57,375 bases of DNA, taken from positions 1 through 57,375 of the forward strand of contig JAUCBJ010007350.1 in assembly GCA_032718475.1 (NCBI GenBank), written 5' to 3'. Source of the stretch: Nemertoderma westbladi (taxonomy: Eukaryota; Animalia; Xenacoelomorpha). Made by a program: the position numbers and the translations under genes. The notes under the pieces were generated by a model. It was not told the DNA's origin, did no database searches, and worked only from the letters and a program-made list of their open reading frames with translations. Of this stretch, positions 24,424-33,650 are shown in pieces. Position 1 is the stretch's first letter. Every line of letters begins with the position of its first letter.

Positions 24424-26214
24424 CAACTTAAGGGAACAGTGAGGGAAGGTAGAGCAGAGTTGCAAGAGGTGCAGCAAAGTATCGCACTAGAACGCGACAA
24501 ATTAGTCAATATCCAAAAGGGCATACCAATACCCCCTGTAACATTGTGTCAACCTGTTAGGTCTGAAGTACTACATGCGCAAGGTGTGGAGCCTACACGC
24601 ATCTATACTGCTAGTGAAGTTGAAACTCCTATAACAAACCCTATTAAGGGTGATTATAGACCTGTTATTAATGATATTCCCTATAGACCTGATAATGATC
24701 CGAGAAATTTATATACTGATAATTCGATATTAAATAACACGATGGCCCAAGAAAGCTTTACGCGTCAGATGGCTAGAACAGAAGCCCGCCAAGCGGTCAA
24801 AGTGGGAGAGATCGTCAAATTCAATGGAGACGAAATGAAATGGTTACCTTTCAACGAATATTACAAAGATAGCATACAGAACTCTGTACTATCTAACGGA
24901 GAGAAACTTAGATTCCTCATCAAGTGTTTGGAAGGACCTCCCAAGTTAATGGCGTTAAAGTTTATTGGACATCCAGAAGGATTAAGACAAGTTTGGGATA
25001 CATTAAACATCAGGTATGGTAATAAGGATAACATAGCTAAGTATTTGTATGCAAAATTAGTAGCCCCCCGACACTTCCTTAGTAGTGGGATTATAGAGTT
25101 TTCCGATGAAATTCAAGAGATCTGTAGACAACTGGACTGGTTAGGTAAGTCGCACGAATACCAGAGTTCCATGGTTATTGGAGCCGTAGTCTCTACTTTA
25201 CCAAAGGGTGGAGTATGCACACGCTGGGACAAGAAAGTGTTGTACATGAATGAACAACAACGACGAAGTCCTACCATGGCTGATCTCATGTCTTTCTTAG
25301 ATGGTGAAGTCAAACTACAACTCATCAAGCAGTCCAGAGAGAAAACATCGGAAAATAAGGTAAGTGAGAAACCCACTTCTAGGAGAAGAGTAACACCGGT
25401 GTGTTACACTGACGACGGCGAAAGCCAAGCTTCCCAAGAAGAGGACAGCGGGAAAGATACAGACCGATCGTATTATGTTGACAAAACCTCCAAGGACGTA
25501 AGTAAATACAAAGCTCGAACCAATAATAGGAGAGAACAAGTTACTAAGACCCCTCCTCAGTCTCCTAGCAGAATGCGCGGAAGAAAGCCCGAAGAAAGAA
25601 CGAGAGTGCATCAGACTACCCAAGGTAAAGTAAGTAACATAAAACCTAACTGTGCGCTGTGCGACGGGACCCACCGTTTGAGTGCGTGTGTGGAATTTCT
25701 AAAGAAATCCCTTGTAGACAGACGTACAGTTGTGTGGGACAAGCGGTTATGTTATAATTGCCTCAGACCAGGACACCAACGGCGAACCTGTTACTCCGAC
25801 ATAAAGTGTGAAAAGTGTGGTGCGAAACATCACATCTTGTTACATAGTGAGTTCGAACGAGACAAGCCGAGTCAGGTAAGTGAGTCCGAACTACATGTCC
25901 AATTCAGTGATGTAAACGACACTGATCAGGAGTCTGAGATGGAAGGATTCTATACTGACGAATTCTCCGACGCCAATGAATCCTGTTATCTAATAAACAC
26001 CACGGTGTATCGAGCACTTACTTACGAAAAGGACATCAACGAGGAGTTTCCCCCTACTACTTTTACCAAACAATCATCTTGGAAAGCTCCAACTTCCAAC
26101 GTAGGAATCAGAGAATTTCCTGTAGTTCAGGTAAGAGTTCACGGTATTAACAAAAGCTACATAGTGAAAGATATCCGAAGATATCTTTGCTGGACAACCC
26201 AAGTTCCGGACTAA
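24424..26214 (+). CDS. BEL/Pao gag, C-terminal part (DUF1759-like core, three Cys/His motifs, start of protease region)
   Basis: KFNGDEMKWLPF...LSNGEKLRFL...L.IRYG; CALCDGTHRLSAC, CYNCLRPGHQRRTC, CEKCGAKHHILLH. The first ~78 aa of the listed ORF 24190.. are MITE/TSD-derived. Confidence 0.92.
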   Translation, partial: QLKGTVREGRAELQEVQQSIALERDKLVNIQKGIPIPPVTLCQPVRSEVLHAQGVEPTRIYTASEVETPITNPIKGDYRPVINDIPYRPDNDPRNLYTDNSILNNTMAQESFTRQMARTEARQAVKVGEIVKFNGDEMKWLPFNEYYKDSIQNSVLSNGEKLRFLIKCLEGPPKLMALKFIGHPEGLRQVWDTLNIRYGNKDNIAKYLYAKLVAPRHFLSSGIIEFSDEIQEICRQLDWLGKSHEYQSSMVIGAVVSTLPKGGVCTRWDKKVLYMNEQQRRSPTMADLMSFLDGEVKLQLIKQSREKTSENKVSEKPTSRRRVTPVCYTDDGESQASQEEDSGKDTDRSYYVDKTSKDVSKYKARTNNRREQVTKTPPQSPSRMRGRKPEERTRVHQTTQGKVSNIKPNCALCDGTHRLSACVEFLKKSLVDRRTVVWDKRLCYNCLRPGHQRRTCYSDIKCEKCGAKHHILLHSEFERDKPSQVSESELHVQFSDVNDTDQESEMEGFYTDEFSDANESCYLINTTVYRALTYEKDINEEFPPTTFTKQSSWKAPTSNVGIREFPVVQVRVHGINKSYIVKDIRRYLCWTTQVPD

Positions 26215-26215
26215 A

Positions 26216-29200
26216 TTGAATATGTCAGGAATTATGCAGGTTTGGAAATCTACCCTGACGGCAGATTACTATGTAGGTGTGTTGTCCACCCCCCAGGATA
26301 AGTTAGGAAAACAAGGTGTAAGGTCAGTAAAAATGGTGGCTATAAAGAACTTCGCTACTACCCAAGCAGACCTTTATAATTGGGACGAGGATGAGAGCAT
26401 CCAACATCTTAAGATACCTCGATTCCAGACAGATTATCCTGGAGTGCAAATACTCATCGGCCAAAACGCACACGAAGCGCTTGAGACATTGGAGAAACGG
26501 CCTGCTCAACCACAGCCACTGCAAACTTATGCGGTGAGAACTAGAGTAGGTTGGTACTTTACTGGCCCTTCCCGTAGAACTCTAGAAGAGAGAATGCCCC
26601 ACGAACAAATATATCAGGTAAGTGATTGGGAAGAGGAAAGCAGTGAGGTGGACGAACTAACTGAGGGAACACCATACTCCTCGGATAATGACGACATCTA
26701 CCAACTCTTCGAAGAAGAGAACACAATTGACCTACTTACCGAAAACCAAACTTGGAAAAACCAAACGAACCTATGTCAACTGATTCGCCCAACGGAATCC
26801 ACTATTTATAATGACGAACTTAATGACGAGGTAGAGCGCTACAACGCTAGAACTCGGGACGAACTCGCCGTACGATTCTTTACCCAAGAATTGGTAGAAC
26901 CCAATTCATACGACAAAGCCCTGTCGATAGAAGAAGAAAGAGCCAAGCAAATCCAGGAAACAACCACACGTTTTTTAAAAGATCAAGGTAGATATGAAAT
27001 CGGACTACCCTTCCGAAAACGTGAACCCAGATTTATAAATAACAGACCCTTGGCTGAGAAAAGAATCAATCAATTACATCGACGTCTTACGGCAAATGCT
27101 TCAGCTAAGGAAATGTACCAAACTCAGTTGAAGAAATTTATCACAAAGGGATATGCGGAGCGAGTACCGGAAGGAACTCCAATAACTGAAAGGACTTATT
27201 ATCTAACACATCATTATGTTCCCAAACCCGGTAAACCCCATGAAGTACGGGTTGTATTTGATGGCTCCGCCCTATATATGGGCCAATCCCTTAATTCCGA
27301 GTTGTTACCAGGACCCAACTTGCTCCAATCTTTGTTGGGGATACTGTTGAGATTAAGACAATATTCCATCGCGTTCGCCTCCGATATAGAAGGAATGTTC
27401 CTTCAAGTCAAGGCGTTGGATCGTGATAGAGACAGCCTAAGATTCCTGTGGTGGCCTGAAGGAGATCTCAACCAGACACCGGTAGAGTACTGGATGACCA
27501 TCCAGGCTTTTGGGATTATATCAAGCCCTTCAAACGCCTGCTCAGTGGTCCGTACCACTGCGGATGACAACCGGGATGCCTTCTCCAAAGAGGTGATAGA
27601 TAACATCAAACGAGACATATACATGGACGACAACTTAAAGTCCCTTCCATCAGTAAAGGAAGCCATTGATGTCGCGAAAGGAACGGTTGAGTGTTTGAAA
27701 AGAGGTGGATTTCGATTGACGAAGTTCACCAGCAAATCCCGTGAGTTTCTGGAAGCAATATCTGTAGAAGACCGGGGATCAAAAGATCTCGACTTAATAC
27801 ATGACGATCTTCCGGAAACCAAGACGCTTGGCTTGAAGTGGGACACAGAAAGAGATATCCTGTTTTTTCAGTTAAAACAGCGAGATAATCCAGTTCGGAC
27901 CAAACGGATTTGTTTAAGTATTCTGAGCACTTATTTCGATCCCTTGGGATTTATTAGCCCAGGTATATTGATTGCTCGGAGTTTAGTACAACAAATGTGG
28001 CTGGAAAACCACTCGTGGGACGATCCACTCAAGGGAGAACTATTAAAGAAATGGATGAAATGGGAGGATTCGCTACCTGCCATCGAGAACTTTATAATTT
28101 CCCGTTCATATTTTGGTCACGTTCTCCCTACGTATTCCTATCAACTCCATGTATTTGGAGATGCCAGCGATATGGGGATCGGTATAGTAGCATATCTGCG
28201 AGTCGAAACTCCGGATGGAATCAAAGTTGCCTTGGTTACCTCTAAGGCATTGATTAACAACAAGCTTAAGGTTCCTCGGGCGGAGTTAAAAGCAGCATTA
28301 TACGCTACAGCTATCGGCCGGAATGTAACAGAACAGATCGATTATCCACTGGAGAAAACTGTTTATTGGACCGACGCTTTACTTGTATTGGAATATATAA
28401 CGAATGAAGTCTGTCAGTTCAGCGTCTTTGTTACTAACAGAGTGGCCATTATTCTTAGTCGCACAACGATAGATCAATGGAGACATTGCCCTGGTACGAT
28501 TAACCCAGCTGACATCGCCTCCAGAGGAGCAACTCCACAGGAACTGATAGATACCCCTGATTGGTTGGGTGGACCCGACTTCTTGAGCAAGGAAGAGGAT
28601 GAATGGCCTCCTCACCTTACTACGGCTGAGATTAGACAAGCCAAGGGAGCGGAGAAAGTCAAACCCAAAATTCGGACAAGTAAATCGAAGTTATTTAAAC
28701 CGACAATCGACCTATCTGTATTACATACTGCCGAGAACGATACTTCGGATCCACAATCCCTCGCCACAAACAAATCTGTTGTGGAAATTAGAGATAGAGA
28801 TTGGAAATCTGAGATACCAGACGTCTCGCAAGGAATCTCACCCCTGCTGCAGAGAGCACTGCATCATTACAGTTCCTGGAATCGTCTCTGTAAAGCTATC
28901 ACATACTTAAAGAGATGTTTTCACCATCATTACTCCAGGAAGAAGACCACTAGTGATCCTGCTCCGGTAACATCTGCGCAAGTTCATGTTATTAAAGTTC
29001 TACCTAAGTACAAGATATCAGACCGGTTTCTAAAAGAGAAGATCAGCTACCAGGAGCATGAAGAAACTAATAAGCAGATACTGAGACTCTTGCAATGCTA
29101 TGAGGATCCCGATAGGTATTTTCTGCTATTAAGAAATCCGCAGATGCGCTTAAGGGATCGCTTCTCTAGCACAATGATAGATGGGTTAATACGCGTTGGA

Positions 29201-30505
29201 GGAAGACTTACCAACGCTCCATTATCTTTTGATACTAAATTCCCTATACTCATTAGTAATCTTGAAGTACAAATCAAGATGATTGTAGATGTTCACAGTA
29301 AATTGTATCATGCTGGTAGAGAACGAGTTCTTAGCGAGATTCGAACCCGCTATTATTTTCATAAACCACGTAGAGCTCTGAATCAAGTTCTTAGGAACTG
29401 CATACCTTGTAGGAAAGTATTCAGTAGGCCTTTAACACAGCGAGAGGCAGAATTACCTAGGGAACGAGTAAGCTTTTATGAACCACCCTTTACTAATACT
29501 GGTGTGGATTTATTTGGCCCTATTGAAGTATATCGTGCTAGAACTATAATCAAGAGATGGTGTGTAATCTTTGTCTGCATGACTTGTAGAGCTATCCATC
29601 TCGATATGGTGAACGATCTATCTACTAACAGCTTCGTCTTATGTCTACGACGACAGATCGCTCGTTTCGGCACTAGCAATACGATGAGATCCGATAAGGG
29701 AACGAACTTCATTGGTGCCAACAACGAAATCCAGGCTTACGTAAAGGACTGGAATCAAAGACAGGTGGATGACCAGCTACGGATAACGGCGTCTAGCTGG
29801 ACCTTTAACGCCGCCGACGCCCCTTGGTGGGGAGGAAGTTGGGAGAGATTAATTAGAAGTGTCAAGACCGCATTTCACTTTATAGTGCCGTGCCGCGCAT
29901 ATCTCACCGACGAACTTCTACGGACGTTAATGGAAGAAATCGCTGCCTATCTTAACGAGAGACCGCTTATGCCAGTCTCATCGAGTATCGACTCCCTGGA
30001 AGCGCTAACACCCGCGCACTTCCTACTTAAGAAACCTGTAGCCATGCTCCCACAATCCGAGATTGCCGATGGAGATGAATACTGTCGTCGAACTTGGCAG
30101 CTTATGCAGTTGCTATCCCGTCGTTTCGCTGACCATTTTGAGAAACATTATCTGCCCACGCTACAACTTCGAACTAAGTGGTTTGTGCAGCAGGAAATTG
30201 TCAGCGCCGGAGACATGGTCCTTATTGTAGATCCGGACCTCCCACGTAGACGGTGGCAGATCGGTCGTATCATCGAGACGCACATCTCGGAGGATGGTCT
30301 AGTGCGCTCAGTAGAACTCGTCGTAATGCGGCGTAACTTCAAGAAACCAGGTATAATCTTTGAGACGCAACAACTCAATCGCCCAGTTGGTCGTTTATGT
30401 TTACTGGAAAGAGACAGAGAACTCTCTGGAAACTATGGAAGGCAAGAAACCCTTCCCACGACCACCTCCCTAATACCTCAAACATCTAGGGGCTCTTCAA
30501 CGTAG
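26216..30505 (+). CDS. BEL/Pao pol (RT, RNase H/Pao-A17 region, integrase, DUF5641-like tail)
   Basis: RVVFDGS, LLPGPNL, SDIEGMFLQV, YMDD, LHVFGDAS, PRAEL, NPADIASRG, H..LYHAG...CIPC, GVDLFGP, SDKGTNF, GGSWERLIRSVK, LQLRTKW. Confidence 0.97.
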   Translation: MNMSGIMQVWKSTLTADYYVGVLSTPQDKLGKQGVRSVKMVAIKNFATTQADLYNWDEDESIQHLKIPRFQTDYPGVQILIGQNAHEALETLEKRPAQPQPLQTYAVRTRVGWYFTGPSRRTLEERMPHEQIYQVSDWEEESSEVDELTEGTPYSSDNDDIYQLFEEENTIDLLTENQTWKNQTNLCQLIRPTESTIYNDELNDEVERYNARTRDELAVRFFTQELVEPNSYDKALSIEEERAKQIQETTTRFLKDQGRYEIGLPFRKREPRFINNRPLAEKRINQLHRRLTANASAKEMYQTQLKKFITKGYAERVPEGTPITERTYYLTHHYVPKPGKPHEVRVVFDGSALYMGQSLNSELLPGPNLLQSLLGILLRLRQYSIAFASDIEGMFLQVKALDRDRDSLRFLWWPEGDLNQTPVEYWMTIQAFGIISSPSNACSVVRTTADDNRDAFSKEVIDNIKRDIYMDDNLKSLPSVKEAIDVAKGTVECLKRGGFRLTKFTSKSREFLEAISVEDRGSKDLDLIHDDLPETKTLGLKWDTERDILFFQLKQRDNPVRTKRICLSILSTYFDPLGFISPGILIARSLVQQMWLENHSWDDPLKGELLKKWMKWEDSLPAIENFIISRSYFGHVLPTYSYQLHVFGDASDMGIGIVAYLRVETPDGIKVALVTSKALINNKLKVPRAELKAALYATAIGRNVTEQIDYPLEKTVYWTDALLVLEYITNEVCQFSVFVTNRVAIILSRTTIDQWRHCPGTINPADIASRGATPQELIDTPDWLGGPDFLSKEEDEWPPHLTTAEIRQAKGAEKVKPKIRTSKSKLFKPTIDLSVLHTAENDTSDPQSLATNKSVVEIRDRDWKSEIPDVSQGISPLLQRALHHYSSWNRLCKAITYLKRCFHHHYSRKKTTSDPAPVTSAQVHVIKVLPKYKISDRFLKEKISYQEHEETNKQILRLLQCYEDPDRYFLLLRNPQMRLRDRFSSTMIDGLIRVGGRLTNAPLSFDTKFPILISNLEVQIKMIVDVHSKLYHAGRERVLSEIRTRYYFHKPRRALNQVLRNCIPCRKVFSRPLTQREAELPRERVSFYEPPFTNTGVDLFGPIEVYRARTIIKRWCVIFVCMTCRAIHLDMVNDLSTNSFVLCLRRQIARFGTSNTMRSDKGTNFIGANNEIQAYVKDWNQRQVDDQLRITASSWTFNAADAPWWGGSWERLIRSVKTAFHFIVPCRAYLTDELLRTLMEEIAAYLNERPLMPVSSSIDSLEALTPAHFLLKKPVAMLPQSEIADGDEYCRRTWQLMQLLSRRFADHFEKHYLPTLQLRTKWFVQQEIVSAGDMVLIVDPDLPRRRWQIGRIIETHISEDGLVRSVELVVMRRNFKKPGIIFETQQLNRPVGRLCLLERDRELSGNYGRQETLPTTTSLIPQTSRGSST

Positions 30506-31036
30506 TACGTCTGGAGTGGGTGTATGTCTATATTATTTTATCTGTTTTTATTACATTTTATATGTAAATGTTATTATGTACGTTCTTATAATCGTTTTTA
30601 TTTAATTTTATTTAGTAAAATGTTATTTTAGAATATTTAGTAGATTAGTGCAATATATTAGTGTTTATTACGTACATAATTACTTATAATATATATTTAG
30701 TGCGACGGCAAGAAGTAATTATTTTTTCTTTCCTTACTGTCCGTATTATATTATAAATGCGAGACTATAGTAAGATGACATGTCAGTACTTCTTAAAGTA
30801 CAATAAAGCCACTACTATATTTAAGTATTATTGGTAGGCAGAGTATTAGGAATGCAAAGTTCAGATCCTCGTGTCTCAGCTAAACCAAGCTCTGGGTAGA
30901 CCTTGGAAACGACTTGCCTCTTCACACTGACATTGCTTCGTGCGATATTGCTCTTCTACCTTATAACAAATAATACATATAGTAGCGTGATGTCCCTCTA
31001 ACAGTAGCGTAAATCGCAAATAAATCTGTTAAACTT

Positions 31037-31310
31037 TTGACCATCTGTAATTCTAGTCGATTAAGATATCGTGGCACCCACCGATATACTTGAAAGACAA
31101 ATTCTAGAATCAGTGGTTAACGTCCCCAGACAAGTTCTGGAATAAATCGGTGCCCATCCTAAATATTAATTTAATATTTATTAAAATATGTAAAATTCAG
31201 ATCCGTTAACAATTCTAGTCGATTAAGATATCGTAGCACTTACCGATACTCTTAGAAGGACTATTTTATAGAATTAAGGATCCTAAGTCCCCAGATATGC
31301 TCTGGAATAA
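31037..31310 (+). ncRNA. Duplicated putative structured RNA element in the retrotransposon 3' non-coding region
   Basis: Two ~110-nt copies (31037-31146 and 31200-31310) with shared stems, compensatory changes and variable loops. Structure deduced by eye. Confidence 0.55.
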
Positions 31311-31928
31311 AATTTGTATCAATTTAACATCAAATAATAAAATTCACGGGAATAAATTTAAATTCATATTCAAATGAATTTCATAAATTGTCATTTTGTG
31401 CAATTTATAACATTCCCAAAATTCCAGTAATTAATAGATCATGGGAGCGGAGATTCATATTGAGTGTACTAGAGCGCGAGAATCTCCAACATATAGTCAA
31501 TAGCCGATAAAATTTATAAAATCATGCATAAAGAGGATATTGACAATTAAAGAATTACTATTAAATAACATCCCAGATCTGTATGCATGAGAATTGCCCT
31601 AATTCTACCGCTAGTTTTCCATAATGTCACCATGGCAACACCCACGCTAGAATTAGAAGCAAGTTAAAAGGAACAATAAAAGCTTACCCCATTGCGTAGC
31701 ATAAGAGTATACATAACGCACTATTAGTATCCAAGGATACATAGTAATAACGTGACATTCTGGAAGACACTGACTAACGGACAAATGGCATGCATGTGTG
31801 CAATAAGTAATGATTGTATGGAATTTGTGCGTTTATAGGTGAATGTTACTACTAAAGTGTGTTTACAGTAGATAATCGCAATTGTAAAGTAGCCCTAACT
31901 CTACCGAGATAACCTCAAGTGGATTCAA

Positions 31929-32081
31929 GCTTTTGGGACGGACAGTGGTGGGACTTGTGCCGGTTATCGTTGTCGTGCTGTTGCTACATGTTGGCGTAAA
32001 CACCGCGACAACGGTACATCGGCGCTGAGAAACCCACTGTCCGGGGGCAAAGCCTAGTAGGCAGCGACGCCCGCTTGCCTA
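31929..32081 (+). ncRNA. Long G-U-containing hairpin plus a small hairpin just upstream of the accessory ORF
   Basis: CGGACAGTGG/CCACTGTCCG, GTGCCGGT/ATCGGCGC, TATCGTTGTCGTG/CGCGACAACGGTA; then TAGGCA-GCG/CGC-T-TGCCTA. Confidence 0.55.
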
Positions 32082-32123
32082 AATATTAACTCATATTAAT
32101 ATTAATAAACTCAGATAGCAGAT

Positions 32124-33572
32124 ATGACGGAATTGATAGAAGATGACCTTGGTATTAGAGAGGGATATACTCTACCTTTACAAGCGTTTGTGGATAGCTT
32201 GATACGCGGTGAAGCCGATCCGACTATTACGGAGGACGATGGTCGTTATATCGAACCGCCGATGTCCCAAGAGCAACTTACGCGTGAATTGGACTATCGA
32301 AAATTAACCGCTCGCTATACGCATCGTAATGGTACGTATATGGACTTCTTAACTACCGGCCATCCTATCGATTTACATGATACGGACGATGTAGACACCG
32401 AAAGGGAAATGGTTCTATTTAAATATCATACCCAGCGGCGTCGTAACGATAAACCGAGAATAGATCACGAAAATTCTATTCGTAACAGACTGGGAAGACG
32501 AACCAATATGTCTAGAATCTGAGGAGATTCAGCCTATCGCGCTCGGAACAGCGACAACGATTACATCCTAGAATGGTATCAAAGTCCACAGTGTCTCACT
32601 GCGTACGATTATCGCCATGCCAACTATGTTTCTCGGCAACGTTGTCGGTTATGCGCATCGAGAGACCATGTTACGCCCATGGACACAAACGTCCGCTGTT
32701 CCTATTTCCACGAACAACCGGCGATGGAAATTTATTGCGCGTATTGCAGATTTAATAATTTGCACATTTTTGCGGTTTGCCCTCAATTTATGACTCAATG
32801 TCACCATTGTCAACTAAAGGGACATGCCAGTTTCGATTGCCCTTTTAACCATGATTTAGAGAGCGTAGATGAAATGATTGTACTACGTTATATCAGAGCT
32901 TGGGAAGCGAACGCTGATTTACATTGTGATTCACGCCATCGCTATTATCCTGGACGCGCTTACGAAGGAGTTTATGCGTTCCATCCTTATTTGTTTGCCT
33001 CCGTCGAGCAGAAATCGCGCCTATCAAGTTATGAACTATTGAAGCGCGTTGGAGAATGTATTTCAACCAAATATGTACGCAAATTCCTCAGGAGCATTAA
33101 TCCGAGTGACATCAATTCGTATAACTTAATAAACTTTATCCGTCAAGATCCGGCCTATGGAGACTTATTTGTCAACTCACACCCCGAGTTACAGGAAGTA
33201 TATCGACGGCCTTACGAGTACAGAGCCCGCGAACGCGAGTTGGAAAGAACCATTAAACCAAGGAAGTTTCTAACTGCCTATGGTCCACCCACGGCCCTCG
33301 TTAAGACCACTCGTAAAGGACCCGTAAGAGCGGCTGTCTTGAAACGAGCTCTCAAAGCCGTTAGACCCCTCTCCCCGGACGTTGATGTCAATCAACCCGG
33401 TACTTCGACCGGCGGATATACCGATCGCAATCCCATACCTTCTGATGCAATCATATTGCACCCTTCACCCAGGAGTTATAGCCCTCCTCGTAAAGTGGCT
33501 CGCCCCAAAGAGAAAAGGACTCTTGCTAGCTTTAAAAAACTGCGTAAACGCCGTCCGCGCAAGAAAGACTAA
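32124..33572 (+). CDS. Accessory ORF of the BEL element: ~482 codons, three Zn-knuckle-like motifs, basic C-terminus, one in-frame TGA
   Basis: ORFs 32124..32522 and 32679..33572 share a frame and the 52 codons between them are open; motifs CRLCASRDH..C, CAYCRFNNLHIFAVC, CHHCQLKGHASFDC; ends KKLRKRRPRKKD. Confidence 0.8.
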
Positions 33573-33650
33573 CTGTTTAGAGTATTTTTATATTTTAGAA
33601 ACTGTGATTTTGTATATTTTATAGACTTAAATCCCATTTTCTGGGAGCGG

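Noticed and set aside
22032-30378. Antisense and alternate-frame ORFs overlapping gag-pol
   Set aside because: Shadow ORFs of a long coding region and its repeats, with no recognisable motifs.
30511-30527. GGAGTGGGTGTATG after the pol stop as a PPT and LTR start
   Set aside because: The following sequence does not match the 5' LTR; at most a vestige, and not supportable.
32124-33572. env gene
   Set aside because: No signal peptide, no transmembrane segment and no recognisable fusion-protein features.
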